DNA of 64,000 bases from a virus. Shown here piece by piece: positions 26,848 to 37,227 of this stretch (position 1 is the first letter of the stretch; each line of letters opens with the position of its first letter). Position numbers and translations under genes: made by a program. Where the stretch lies: positions 31,572 through 95,571 of the IMG/VR virus record IMGVR_UViG_3300021197_000864, one strand, 5' to 3'. The notes under the pieces are model-generated. The model saw only the letters and a program-made list of their open reading frames with translations, was not told the origin of the DNA and did no database searches.

Positions 26848-27655
26848 ATCAAATAGGAATTGTATAGATAAGGCGTTAGAACTTTTATCTAGTTCTGATA
26901 ATCCTATTATACGATATGCAGATGAATATGATATAGAAGATAATTATTCTCTTCCTAGAAATAGGGGTCTAATTATTAGAGAAGTTAACATTAAACCTAA
27001 GACGGATTTGATAATCAAATCTATCCTAGAGTATAGAGGAACTGTTATATTAACATCATCTAATCAAAAAGATGTTCCCAAATCCATACTTAAGTTAGTG
27101 AAGTTGACTAGGGCTACATCTGATTCAGAAGATATATTGAACATAAAGAAAATATCACCTAGAAGTAATCCACCAAAAGAATATGATTTAGATATTTTTA
27201 AGATTATGATGGACTATTTGAAGAATCCTGATAGAGAAGATGTATTAGAGATTCTTAAAATAAACAAACCATCTGATACTCAACTATTAAGTTGGTTAGC
27301 ACAAAATGTACATCCTAACAAATTAATGTATATTGATTCAGAAGTAAAAAGGAAATGGTCATCAGATTATTTCTATGAGTTATTGGCATATTCACATGAA
27401 GGAAAAACTCATGGTAAATTGGTTATGCCTAAGAGAAGACCGCAAAGTGAAATGCGGGATATATGTAGAAGATTAAAATTAAAGAGAGAGCAACAGCATC
27501 TACTAAAACATTTATTAGAAGATGATGAATTTAGAAAATATGCTAAGTCTAGATTAGATAATAGACAATGCAGACTCCTAAAATTAGGAGAAAAAAAGAA
27601 AATAAAAACAAAGCAACCAACGGTTGTTACAACAACATTGGATAAGTGGTTATAA
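26795..27655 (+). CDS. Degenerate clamp-loader (RFC large-subunit-like) protein
   Basis: RPIIIVGK eroded P-loop; C-terminal PIP-like TTLDKWL; lies just upstream of the RFC small subunit. Confidence 0.5.
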   Translation: MSLIKMKNKQRPIIIVGKSNRNCIDKALELLSSSDNPIIRYADEYDIEDNYSLPRNRGLIIREVNIKPKTDLIIKSILEYRGTVILTSSNQKDVPKSILKLVKLTRATSDSEDILNIKKISPRSNPPKEYDLDIFKIMMDYLKNPDREDVLEILKINKPSDTQLLSWLAQNVHPNKLMYIDSEVKRKWSSDYFYELLAYSHEGKTHGKLVMPKRRPQSEMRDICRRLKLKREQQHLLKHLLEDDEFRKYAKSRLDNRQCRLLKLGEKKKIKTKQPTVVTTTLDKWL

Positions 27656-27903
27656 TGGCAAGAAACAATAAAAATTATTACAGGTATAAAGCGTTACACG
27701 AAATTGGAAACGACAGAGCAGAAGAAGAAATGAATATTCAGGAGATAATGACATTCATTAATAACTATAAAAATAGTAAAGGTCGTTTACATCGGCATGT
27801 TAATTCTATGACTAATGTTATAGTAAATCTGATGTATCAAATGCCTGAATATGAAATAGTAAAAAATGGGGTATGGGTATATACTCCTATCGGAGATGAA
27901 TAA
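27646..27903 (+). CDS. Small hypothetical protein (possible winged helix)
   Basis: 85 aa; helical, ending NGVWVY. Confidence 0.55.
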   Translation: MVIMARNNKNYYRYKALHEIGNDRAEEEMNIQEIMTFINNYKNSKGRLHRHVNSMTNVIVNLMYQMPEYEIVKNGVWVYTPIGDE

Positions 27904-28816
27904 AATGTTATGGACTGAAAAATATAGACCTCAACACTTAGATGAAATAGTGGGTCATTATAATTTAATAATGGATGCAGAAGAATGGCTACAAAATAAA
28001 GAGATGCCTAATCTTCTTTTATACGGTGTAGCGGGTACAGGTAAAACTGCATTCGCAGGAGCATTGGCTAATGATATATTAGGTGAGTTCAAAGATTCTA
28101 ATTTCTATGAAATTAACGCCTCAGATGATAGGAAACTTGAAACAGTTAGGACTAAGATTAAGGAAATAGCATCTACATCTAAAATAGGTGATGTACCATT
28201 CAAAATAGTTTTACTCGATGAGATGGATGGTATGACTAAAGATGCTCAAAATGCACTAAAAAGGATTATGGAAAGATATTCAGAAAATTGTAGGTTTATA
28301 ATAACCTGTAATGAAAGAAATCGTATCATATATCCTTTACAATCTAGATGTGCTAATTATCTATTTATTAGATTGAGTGATGAGAATATGTCATTCATAT
28401 TAAACAGAATATTAACACTAGAAAAAATAACAAGTGTTGATAAAGAAGAACTCGATTCTTTTATATTGGGGCTGCATGGTGATATTCGTAGAGGAATTAC
28501 CGAATTACAAGCATCAATTTCTAGTAAGAGTCCTCTATCAAAATTAAATCAAGAAAGCCTTGAGCCGTATGTTATTATAATTAATATGTTAAATGAAAAT
28601 AAATATGAACAAGCATTAGACGAGGTACATAAAATGATTTACAATTCTATTGACATGGCATCGTTGTGTGTTAATTTACATGATGCTGTTGTAGCAAAAG
28701 AAATGCAACACAAAAAGAAATTCCAATATCTGCGAGTAATCGGGGAGGCTGAATGGCGTAGTAAAACCATGACTCCAAAATTATTAGCGAGTTGGATGAT
28801 AGCACAAATGATATGA
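27866..28816 (+). CDS. rfcS: Replication factor C small subunit (likely start MLWTEKYRP)
   Basis: WTEKYRP, GVAGTGKT, EINASDDR, LDEMD, AQNALKR and LQSRC motifs. Confidence 0.93.
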   Translation: MGYGYILLSEMNKMLWTEKYRPQHLDEIVGHYNLIMDAEEWLQNKEMPNLLLYGVAGTGKTAFAGALANDILGEFKDSNFYEINASDDRKLETVRTKIKEIASTSKIGDVPFKIVLLDEMDGMTKDAQNALKRIMERYSENCRFIITCNERNRIIYPLQSRCANYLFIRLSDENMSFILNRILTLEKITSVDKEELDSFILGLHGDIRRGITELQASISSKSPLSKLNQESLEPYVIIINMLNENKYEQALDEVHKMIYNSIDMASLCVNLHDAVVAKEMQHKKKFQYLRVIGEAEWRSKTMTPKLLASWMIAQMI

Positions 28817-28838
28817 AAAAAAAAGAAAAAAAGAAAAG

Positions 28839-30110
28839 GTGAAAAAAATGGAAAATAATGAAAATATTGAGAAATTAATGAAAGAAGTGGAATTGGGAGC
28901 AGGTCGAGTAGATTTAAGTCTAGAAGATGCTGTTCTAAAGATAGATGAAATCTGTCAACAAAATGGTTTAGATAAAAACGAAGAACCATTAGTTGTGATG
29001 AATCTATGGAGACAGTACGTTGCAAGTGTAATGATGTCAAGAAAGAAAGATTCTGCCGATAATAACGAAAGCCCGACCAATGCGCCTAGCAACGGTTGGT
29101 TAAAACAAGCATTTGGTATGTTTGTATCTTTAGATGAATCTAGAGATATGATGGAATGGAGTAGGAATAATGTATTCAATGAATATAATATGGATAAAGA
29201 AACTACCCTTGAATCAGGTAAAGTAGCAGTAGTAAATCAATTTGAAGATGATACTTATCAGGTGATTAGATATCATGAAGGTGAAAGACAAGAAAGATTC
29301 ATTCAGACATTACCTGCGGGAGCAATGCCGTTAGATGATGAAAAATGGTGGATAGTACCTTTAGATGCAGTTGCTAAATACAGAGAAGACCCTAACCCTA
29401 ATTATGGTAAACCATTACCTAAAGAAGAGTTTAGAAGAAGTGGTGTATTTGTAGGTGAAGTTGATGGTAAGTTTGGTAAGTATTACTTTAATTATAAAGG
29501 TGAATCTTCTAAGGCTTTTGAACCAAAGACCTTTGATTGGGTATCATTTAACTGTATCATAAACAGTTTTGATGAAACTAAGATTCATGGTATAACTACA
29601 AGAACTCTTGCTTCATTAGTTGTTAATGATGAATTACCTGATGATGCTGAAAGTAAGAGAGATATGAGTCAAACATCTAAACCTGATTTGATGATGGAAT
29701 ATGCTAGAGAGCATTATGTACCATTAAATGATTTGGATAGAGCGCATAGTATGAATCTATCTAAAACATACTTAGAAAGGTTTGTTGTTACTGATGGTAA
29801 TGTAGCAAGTATGATTCTTACACCTACTGCTAATGGCAATAGAATAGTATCTATATCAGATTTGAATGCTGATTTTGAGTATGATGGAGATGGTTATGTA
29901 GGTACAACTTGTTGGATACCTAGTAGCATTGATATTGATTTTGGTGTAGGTTCTGATGTTATTGTAGTAGGTAGAACTTCACAACGTACAAATGATGATG
30001 GTTCTTTAGATGGAACTACACTAAATGTTAGTGGGTTGTTTGTAACTTCAAAGCGAGGTAAAGTTGTAGAAGTAGAGATTCCTGTTGAAGATGATACAGA
30101 TTGGTTCTGA
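28839..30110 (+). CDS. Putative OB-fold ssDNA-binding protein
   Basis: Position in the replication block, OB-like C-terminal region (GSDVIVVGRT) and acidic-aromatic tail EDDTDWF. Confidence 0.6.
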   Translation: MKKMENNENIEKLMKEVELGAGRVDLSLEDAVLKIDEICQQNGLDKNEEPLVVMNLWRQYVASVMMSRKKDSADNNESPTNAPSNGWLKQAFGMFVSLDESRDMMEWSRNNVFNEYNMDKETTLESGKVAVVNQFEDDTYQVIRYHEGERQERFIQTLPAGAMPLDDEKWWIVPLDAVAKYREDPNPNYGKPLPKEEFRRSGVFVGEVDGKFGKYYFNYKGESSKAFEPKTFDWVSFNCIINSFDETKIHGITTRTLASLVVNDELPDDAESKRDMSQTSKPDLMMEYAREHYVPLNDLDRAHSMNLSKTYLERFVVTDGNVASMILTPTANGNRIVSISDLNADFEYDGDGYVGTTCWIPSSIDIDFGVGSDVIVVGRTSQRTNDDGSLDGTTLNVSGLFVTSKRGKVVEVEIPVEDDTDWF

Positions 30111-30119
30111 GGATATAAT

Positions 30120-30389
30120 ATGTATCAGATATCAGGGCAGATAATACATAGTCATAGTTTTGCTGTTCCATTAGAAACAGTAGAATTTTTGACAGTTAGG
30201 TTAAATGAAGAAACTGGTGAATACTGGTTAAAAATGCATTTGCCTTCTAGTAAAGAAATAAGAATAAAAGTAAGTGAGGCAGAAGTCAATTCCATATTAG
30301 GAGAATGGGCTATGTCTAAGGGTAACGATGTTTATCCTGAATTTAATGGTGATAAAAATGAGTTGGAATACAGAAAAGGTAGAAGATAA
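30120..30389 (+). CDS. Hypothetical protein
   Basis: 89 aa; GAGG RBS. Confidence 0.65.
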   Translation: MYQISGQIIHSHSFAVPLETVEFLTVRLNEETGEYWLKMHLPSSKEIRIKVSEAEVNSILGEWAMSKGNDVYPEFNGDKNELEYRKGRR

Positions 30390-31227
30390 TAGTGACACTT
30401 TTGCAGAAGCAAAGGCGAGGATTAAGGCACAGATTAAGGCACGAAATGAAAGGGAGAAATCCTTTTTATTGTGTTCTATTACTGGTGAGCCAAAGGTAGG
30501 TAAAACAGGAACAGCAATGGATTGTAGAACCACCAAAGAAATTGAAGAAGGATACAAAGTATTTATTCTAGATTTTGATGATGGAGCAGAACCTACTTGG
30601 GATTCAGGATGGGATAGAGATGAAAATATAGTAATCTTTAACCCTATTGAAATGAAAGGTGATGGAACAGTTGATTGGAATGAGACATTTCAGAATGCAC
30701 ATTCTTTCATAACATATGTTAAGGAAGAAATTGCAGAAGGAATACTTGTTAAATCAATAATCTTTGATGGTGTGGATAAAGCATTTGAAGGGTCAGGTGA
30801 TGTATTAAGGCAACATTTGGTAAGGTCTTCAAAGAGAGATGGATTGATTATACATGATACTGATTCTGTAACAGTTAAACCTCTAGATTGGAAGATTAGA
30901 AATAGAGTTTATAATCGTCTTTTAGATGCGTTTATTGCTATTAATACAGATAGGTTTTTGATAACACATATGAAACCTATCTATGGTAACATAGTTAATC
31001 CAGTACCTATTGGTGTTGTACCTGATTGGCATAAATCTACACCTGCTAGATTTACTCAAATGATACACATTAATAAAATTAAGAGTGGAGCAACAACTAA
31101 TTATATTGCTGAATTACAAGCAAGTAAAACAAATCCCTCAATAGTAGGAAAGGAATGGACTGTATTTGTTACCAATGGTGAAAATGCATGGACAGGTATT
31201 CCTGAACTACGTGAGGGGAAATTATGA
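30328..31227 (+). CDS. RecA/RadA-superfamily (AAA_24-like) ATPase
   Basis: Walker A GEPKVGKT, ILDFDDG, Walker B IIFDG, LITH. Confidence 0.75.
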   Translation: MFILNLMVIKMSWNTEKVEDNSDTFAEAKARIKAQIKARNEREKSFLLCSITGEPKVGKTGTAMDCRTTKEIEEGYKVFILDFDDGAEPTWDSGWDRDENIVIFNPIEMKGDGTVDWNETFQNAHSFITYVKEEIAEGILVKSIIFDGVDKAFEGSGDVLRQHLVRSSKRDGLIIHDTDSVTVKPLDWKIRNRVYNRLLDAFIAINTDRFLITHMKPIYGNIVNPVPIGVVPDWHKSTPARFTQMIHINKIKSGATTNYIAELQASKTNPSIVGKEWTVFVTNGENAWTGIPELREGKL

Positions 31228-32012
31228 GATTTGTAATAGATAATAAAAAGTTTATTGATGCATTAAGTGCAGTAGCATTGAGAGGTAAATATCCTAGTGG
31301 CGGTGCAACTAAGATTAAATCATTGTCAGATTATGCGTACATAGTTGCTGATATGAACGATGGGCTACCGTCATCAATTACTTTGTATAATGCAAATGAC
31401 TCTACTGCTTGTTCTATTAAAGTACAAGATAACGAAAACTTGAACATGGTTCACATTGGGGGTGAATCTGTTCTTGATATTTCTAAGTTGAAGAAGTATC
31501 TTAAACCTATGAAAGGATTAGTTACTGTAAATATTGGTGAAACTATCACGTTGGATACTACAACTAAACATGCTACAATACCAACAGTAATTAACCATCC
31601 ATCATTCTCTATGATTCAATTGGTTAGAAATATTGATTTAGATGGTAAAGATGTAAATAACTTACCTACATTTGGTAAGGCTAATGTTCAGTTTGAGGCA
31701 GCAGTTATGTTAACTTCTGATTCATTGAAAGATGCTTGTACCACTTGTGATGTTGCTAACACATCTAGATACATATTAGAATCTACTTCTAATGATTTCA
31801 GAATAAGTATTCCTGAAGTTAATACAGAAACGATTGTAGTATATCCTGAAACATTAACCGTTGAAGGTGAAGAAGCAATAGTAGAATTGACAGGTGAGTT
31901 TGCTCATTTTTTAGATGGGATAACTACCATCTATCTTAAAGATGACTTTCCTGTTTTGATTACATCCCCTAATAGGGTATTAATTAAAGCACCAAGATTT
32001 AATCCGAGGTAA
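31224..32012 (+). CDS. pcn: DNA sliding clamp (PCNA-like)
   Basis: 262 aa with two-lobed beta-rich pattern ending LIKAPR; immediately upstream of PolB. Confidence 0.7.
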   Translation: MRFVIDNKKFIDALSAVALRGKYPSGGATKIKSLSDYAYIVADMNDGLPSSITLYNANDSTACSIKVQDNENLNMVHIGGESVLDISKLKKYLKPMKGLVTVNIGETITLDTTTKHATIPTVINHPSFSMIQLVRNIDLDGKDVNNLPTFGKANVQFEAAVMLTSDSLKDACTTCDVANTSRYILESTSNDFRISIPEVNTETIVVYPETLTVEGEEAIVELTGEFAHFLDGITTIYLKDDFPVLITSPNRVLIKAPRFNPR

Positions 32013-32017
32013 TATAT

Positions 32018-33721
32018 ATGATAATTAGTGAAACAACAGAAGGAATATACACAGCATGGAGGGATGATACGGGTAAAAGAGAATCCTGTATCACCCCCCA
32101 CATGGTTTTTAGACCATATTTCTATATTTTAGCAAGTGATTCTAAACCTGAGAATATTATTAGTAGAGATAAATGGGGCAATAGTAGAGTATTAACTGTA
32201 TCTTATGAAGAAAATAGAGCATATAAAAGTCTACAAAACCTACCTTTAACTAGAGTTTACTGTAAAAACCCTCAAGAGATGAGGAAGGTAAAGGATGAGT
32301 TTGCTACTACTTTTGAAGCAGACGTAAGATATACACATAGATATGCTGTTGATGTATTTTACAAGACTAATAGTGAAACGATACGTTTCTTTGGTGAAAA
32401 AGGATTTCCTGAATATGATTTAAGAAAGTGTTATTGGGACATGGAATGGATGCAAGGTGGAGAACATGATGGTAAGATTACTTGTATAGTTATGTATGAT
32501 AATTTTGAAAAGAAGTTTCATAGATATAGTTGGTTTCCTACGAAAAGAAACTTAAGTGAAAATACTGTAAGAGAAGATACAGAAGAGTTTGTCTTTGATA
32601 ATGAGAAAGCAATGATACTTTATTTCCTAACAGTGATAAATAAACAAGACCCTGATATGTTAATATCTTGGTTTGGAAACAGATTCGATTTACCTAAGTT
32701 ATTAGAAAGATGTGCCGCACTTAATCTAGACGCTAGGTTATTATCACCTGTTTGGGAAGTTGATGGGTTCAAGAATAATAAAAATAGTTATTCGTTTAAT
32801 AGAGATTTTTTTGGTCCTATTGAACAACCAATTAAAGGAAGAATAACATTGAGTTTAGATGTAGCGTTTGAGAGACAATGGAATGATGCTCAACGCGGTA
32901 CTCTTCCTTCACTATCATTAGATTATGTATCGAATCTAGTTCTAGGTTCTAAGAAATTAGTTAGTGAAAAGTTTCCTGATAAACAGGAGTTTTTCAGAAG
33001 AGGATGGTTAGAGGATTCTGATACCTATTTGCAGTATGCCTTAATAGATGTAGAACTAATTAAAGAATTAGACGAAACAAACTATTTGTCAGAAGCGGTA
33101 TTGTCATTACAGCGTTTAATTAAAGCCCCATTTGATGCTTGTTTTTATGCAAGTAATATGGGTGCAATATATTTCATGCGTAATGCTTGGTGGAAAGCAC
33201 CATCATCAACTGATGGAGTCAAGATTAACTACGAAGGTGCAATGATATATGACCCGTTGAAAGAAGGTACTAATGGTTTACATCAAGGTGTAGCAGCATT
33301 TGATTATGCACAACTATATCCATCAATGATGATAGCACGTAATATATCTTGGGAAACTAAATCAGATGTTCCAACAGAATTTGCTGTAAACATTTCTACT
33401 CCTAGAGATTTCTCACCTGCTAAAACTAAAACAATGTTATATTACAAGACTGATGAATTAGGAATATTACCTAAATCAGTTTTAGAATTAAAAGCATTGA
33501 GAGATGAGTACAAAAAGAAAATGAAAGAAGCGACAACTAAAGATGATAAGGTTAAATGGAATAACAATCAGTTAGCAGTAAAGCGATTGATGGCGAGTTT
33601 CTATGGTATCATCGGGTATCAGGGTTTTGGTTGGTCTGATGTAGATATAGCCGCTAGTATTACTGCTAGTGCAAGGCAAGCAATTAGATTTGCTGCATTA
33701 AAAGTGGAGGGATTAGAATAG
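32018..33721 (+). CDS. polB: Family B DNA polymerase, N-terminal part (3'-5' exonuclease plus motifs A and B)
   Basis: WDMEW (ExoI), GNRFDLP (ExoII), YALID (ExoIII), FDYAQLYPS (A), KRLMASFYG (B). Confidence 0.93.
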   Translation: MIISETTEGIYTAWRDDTGKRESCITPHMVFRPYFYILASDSKPENIISRDKWGNSRVLTVSYEENRAYKSLQNLPLTRVYCKNPQEMRKVKDEFATTFEADVRYTHRYAVDVFYKTNSETIRFFGEKGFPEYDLRKCYWDMEWMQGGEHDGKITCIVMYDNFEKKFHRYSWFPTKRNLSENTVREDTEEFVFDNEKAMILYFLTVINKQDPDMLISWFGNRFDLPKLLERCAALNLDARLLSPVWEVDGFKNNKNSYSFNRDFFGPIEQPIKGRITLSLDVAFERQWNDAQRGTLPSLSLDYVSNLVLGSKKLVSEKFPDKQEFFRRGWLEDSDTYLQYALIDVELIKELDETNYLSEAVLSLQRLIKAPFDACFYASNMGAIYFMRNAWWKAPSSTDGVKINYEGAMIYDPLKEGTNGLHQGVAAFDYAQLYPSMMIARNISWETKSDVPTEFAVNISTPRDFSPAKTKTMLYYKTDELGILPKSVLELKALRDEYKKKMKEATTKDDKVKWNNNQLAVKRLMASFYGIIGYQGFGWSDVDIAASITASARQAIRFAALKVEGLE

Positions 33722-33852
33722 GTAAAATAATATTTATTAGTAAAATATTTAAATGTAAATTGTGTAAGTTTCATAAAACGGATAATGCATTTACATTAGA
33801 AGAAGGCGGCATATGTTGTGAAGAATGTTGGGGTAATATGAATGAGAAATAG
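33718..33852 (+). CDS. Micro zinc-finger protein, ATA start
   Basis: Manual translation IGKIIF...CKLC...CEEC; GGAGG 7 nt before ATA; no ATG upstream of the Cys motifs. Confidence 0.4.
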   Translation: MGKIIFISKIFKCKLCKFHKTDNAFTLEEGGICCEECWGNMNEK

Positions 33853-33931
33853 ATTAATATGTAGATGGTGCAAAGCCAAAGTAACTTGGAAGCATGATAG
33901 ACGAAGACGATGTGACAGTTGTAAGGAATGA
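33842..33931 (+). CDS. 29-aa zinc-finger microprotein
   Basis: MRNRLICRWCKAKVTWKHDRRRRCDSCKE. Confidence 0.5.
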   Translation: MRNRLICRWCKAKVTWKHDRRRRCDSCKE

Positions 33932-34029
33932 TAATTATGAAAGATAAAATGTTAATAAGAATGATATATGTAATAGGTAAAATATCTACACTGATAAGTA
34001 GATTTAATAGTAGTAGGTGGAGAAAATGA
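33928..34029 (+). CDS. 33-aa microprotein coupled to the PolB C-terminal gene
   Basis: ATGA overlaps at both ends. Confidence 0.4.
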   Translation: MIIMKDKMLIRMIYVIGKISTLISRFNSSRWRK

Positions 34030-34931
34030 AAGTGGTTTACGGTCATACTGATTCTATTTATGTTAAGTGTGAAAGTATTGAGAAAGGAGAAGAGATTTGT
34101 GCTATGTTGAATGAGTCTGTAAGAGAATACTTCCCTAATGTTTTAGGGTTAAAAGAACATCCTGTAACACTAGAGTTTGAAAAGTATTTTGAAACACTAG
34201 GAGTCGGTGCAACAAAGAACAGAAATGCAGGAATGATTTCTTGGAAAGATGGTGATTTCTTAGATAGTAAAGAGTTTGTTATGACAGGTTTTACCGCTAA
34301 AAGAATATCAGAAACGGCACTTGCTAAAGAGGTACAAATAAAGGTTTTGAAAATGTGGGTAATGAACAACTCAGAAGAAGAAATACTAGATTATTTAGTA
34401 TCTATTTATCAAGATACTTTACAAGGTAGATTAACACTTGATAAAATATTAAAGCGTAGTAGATATAAAGAAGAAAGATTTCATGTTTATTGTACTGTAT
34501 GTAAGAAATCATATCATTTAGATGATGCTAAATGTAACTGTGTTCTTACTAATAAGAAATCTGCACTAACTACTGCTAGAAAAAGTGGCAAAGGTTGGGC
34601 TTCGGCAGGAAAAAGACCTACTGTTGGTGCAGGTATATTGGGTGTACTAATGTACAATAAAACTAACACTACACCAATAGAAGATACTTACTTGTATCTT
34701 AAAATGAAAGACTATCCATCTATGATTAATCACCCAATAACAGGGAACTCATTTGTTCCTAATTATATGGCGGGATTAACAGAAGAGGATTTTAAAACAA
34801 TTACACCTGATTGGGAACATTATGCTCAATCAGTTGTTAAAAAAGCAAGCCCAATATTTGATGCTATGGATTGGGATACATCTAAAATAACAAAAGATGT
34901 ACATCAAAGAACACTAGATGAATGGTGGTAA
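34017..34931 (+). CDS. polB: Family B DNA polymerase, C-terminal part (motif C, thumb, PIP box)
   Basis: YGHTDSI, LEFEK and KNRNAG motifs; C-terminal QRTLDEWW PIP box; likely start ATG 34026. Confidence 0.92.
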   Translation: MEKMKVVYGHTDSIYVKCESIEKGEEICAMLNESVREYFPNVLGLKEHPVTLEFEKYFETLGVGATKNRNAGMISWKDGDFLDSKEFVMTGFTAKRISETALAKEVQIKVLKMWVMNNSEEEILDYLVSIYQDTLQGRLTLDKILKRSRYKEERFHVYCTVCKKSYHLDDAKCNCVLTNKKSALTTARKSGKGWASAGKRPTVGAGILGVLMYNKTNTTPIEDTYLYLKMKDYPSMINHPITGNSFVPNYMAGLTEEDFKTITPDWEHYAQSVVKKASPIFDAMDWDTSKITKDVHQRTLDEWW

Positions 34932-35815
34932 AAAATATGAATGAATACACATACCAATGGAATGCAGAACAATATGAAGACAGTGAGGACAGAACAGAAC
35001 CAATATTGAAGATTTCTAAATCTTCTTTAGGTTCTTTTCAATGGTGTCCTCAAAGATATGAATACCAGTATCCACTAAGGATGCCGATAGACCAAACTGA
35101 TGTAATGAGAAAAGGTAGCATAATACATAATGCTAGAGAAGATTGGTTCAAAGATGTAGATATCAAAAAGGCTGAAACACTATCAGGTGATGAACTTGCT
35201 AGTTATTTTTTGAGTGTATATCCTATTGATGATTATAGTGATATGTATCAAATAATGGCGATTGATGATGCTAACAGATTTATGGATTCTAAGATGGAAG
35301 AGAAAGTAGAAGAGTTCTTGCCTGTTGTTAATGAGATAATGTTAGATGCTGAAATAGTAATACCTAGAGATATTATGGGTGATAAGTTCACACTTGCACA
35401 CGATTATGTTGTACACTTACAAGGTATTATTGATAGAATGTATGTAGAGGATGGAGGCTATATTCCTATGGAGTTAAAAACAGGTGGTTGGAAAGACTGG
35501 AAAAAGACTATGATGAGAAAAGAAATGGCCTTTTACCAAATACTATTTGAAAACTGCCCTAGAGAAACTTTGTTATCACATAATATAGACCCTGATATTA
35601 GTATGACTCATTGGGGTTGGTATTATCCTGCTGCAAATTATACTTATGTTGAAGAAGTAAAGAAGTCTAGTAAAAAAGCAGTCATGAAAGGCATAGCAAA
35701 ACTATTGCATTCATATGAACTAAGAGACTTTGAGGCTAAATTTTATGCAAAGACTTGTATCAATTGTAGTTTTTATGGTATATGTCCTGCTGCAACAAAT
35801 GATGGGTGGAATTAA
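34922..35815 (+). CDS. Cas4-like PD-(D/E)XK exonuclease with Fe-S cysteines
   Basis: WCPQR, GSIIH, GIIDR, ELKTG and CINCSFYGIC motifs. Confidence 0.85.
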   Translation: MVVKNMNEYTYQWNAEQYEDSEDRTEPILKISKSSLGSFQWCPQRYEYQYPLRMPIDQTDVMRKGSIIHNAREDWFKDVDIKKAETLSGDELASYFLSVYPIDDYSDMYQIMAIDDANRFMDSKMEEKVEEFLPVVNEIMLDAEIVIPRDIMGDKFTLAHDYVVHLQGIIDRMYVEDGGYIPMELKTGGWKDWKKTMMRKEMAFYQILFENCPRETLLSHNIDPDISMTHWGWYYPAANYTYVEEVKKSSKKAVMKGIAKLLHSYELRDFEAKFYAKTCINCSFYGICPAATNDGWN

Positions 35816-35954
35816 AATGAATGTAGATGAAAGAATAAAGATGATTTGGTTAGAGTCCTGTGGAACAGGAAATACAATGTCTTTGGAGGATTGGTTAAAT
35901 GAAGTGGAAAGAATATTTTAGAAGAAAGAAAGAATATAGAGAGAGGAATAAAAA

Positions 35955-36296
35955 ATGAAAAAAGATGAAGTGGTATATATGTTGGGTTATTTAACTCACA
36001 GCCAAATGATAGATGCAGTAAAAAATAAAAGTGTACGTGCAAGTAGTATGATTGATATTTGTGAATATATGAACGAACACTATTGGGGTGGATATGAAGG
36101 TTGTATTAGGTATTGTAAGTTCTTTCAAGAAGATGAAGAGTTGGCAAAGATGTTTGAAGAATGGTTTATGACAAGTGATGGTCATTTATATGATGCTAAT
36201 GGTGATGACACTTTTTACAATGGAGTAGCCGATATTAAAGATTCAGAACAGAACTTTAGAAAGGAATACGAAAAAATGAAGTTGGTGTCAAAATGA
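35955..36296 (+). CDS. Hypothetical protein
   Basis: 113 aa; GAGG RBS. Confidence 0.6.
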   Translation: MKKDEVVYMLGYLTHSQMIDAVKNKSVRASSMIDICEYMNEHYWGGYEGCIRYCKFFQEDEELAKMFEEWFMTSDGHLYDANGDDTFYNGVADIKDSEQNFRKEYEKMKLVSK

Positions 36297-36649
36297 GAGA
36301 TTTAAGATATCCACCGGATAATCAAAATGCTAAAGAAGATAATTGTCCTATATGTAGTATCCCTTTGAGAGATGATGCAAATTATCAAGCAAGAGAGGCT
36401 ATATCAAGATTTGATAATACTACTATGGTCTGTTGCCATTGTGGTAATTCAGAAGCAGTAGGTCACATAATAACTGGTACATTAACAAAACATATGGTTG
36501 CTTTCTTAGTTAAGGCTAATTCAAGTGGATTAACTGATTGGGAATGGCACGTTATGATAACATTACTTCGTAGAGGTTCGATGTTAGGCTATGCTTATCA
36601 AGGAGATATGCTTAGGAAAAAAATGATTAAAAAAATGGAGGAAGAGTAA
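36293..36649 (+). CDS. Zinc-finger hypothetical protein
   Basis: CPIC...AISRFDN..VCCHCG..EA. Confidence 0.65.
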   Translation: MRDLRYPPDNQNAKEDNCPICSIPLRDDANYQAREAISRFDNTTMVCCHCGNSEAVGHIITGTLTKHMVAFLVKANSSGLTDWEWHVMITLLRRGSMLGYAYQGDMLRKKMIKKMEEE

Positions 36650-36847
36650 ATGAATAAAACATATTTTACAGTAGCATTTAGATACACAACAGATAGTAAT
36701 GACCCTTGTAATCCACCGCCTCATTTTGCAGAAAGATTAGCAATGGCTATGAATGCTTTACATGAGGAAGGTTTTGCTATGGATGTAATTTACGGTCAGG
36801 CTACTGATAAAACATTCACTAAATTAGATGAGGAGATGCACAAATGA
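36650..36847 (+). CDS. Hypothetical protein
   Basis: 65 aa. Confidence 0.55.
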   Translation: MNKTYFTVAFRYTTDSNDPCNPPPHFAERLAMAMNALHEEGFAMDVIYGQATDKTFTKLDEEMHK

Positions 36848-37227
36848 AAATGAAAGATAAAGTTGAAGAAATATTAAGTTCTAGAGAATGGACATTTGCA
36901 GATTTAACTAACATGAATCTGTTGGTAAAAGATTTCTCAGAAGAAATATATACTCAGTTAGATGCTAAGGAAAAATTGACTATTGTATGGGAAGAAGAGA
37001 TATTCCAAAAAACAATTCGATTTGGAAGTTTCTTTCAGAACCTAGTAATAGAACAAATACAATTACAAGTAGCAAGTATTTTACAAGAACAACTACTAAG
37101 TGCAAATGTAAACTTTAGTAATAATAAAAATAAGGAGGAAATTAGAAATGAAATACCCAAAGGAAGTATGGGCGGGAAGTCATCTGAAAAACGCAAGACA
37201 GATGAAGCGGCACATAGTGAAGAATAA
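36844..37227 (+). CDS. Hypothetical protein
   Basis: 127 aa; upstream of the primase. Confidence 0.6.
   Translation: MKMKDKVEEILSSREWTFADLTNMNLLVKDFSEEIYTQLDAKEKLTIVWEEEIFQKTIRFGSFFQNLVIEQIQLQVASILQEQLLSANVNFSNNKNKEEIRNEIPKGSMGGKSSEKRKTDEAAHSEE

Noticed and set aside
33722-34016. Intron or split intein joining the PolB halves
   Set aside because: No intein terminal motifs or intron-like structure seen; the gap is filled by coupled micro-ORFs.
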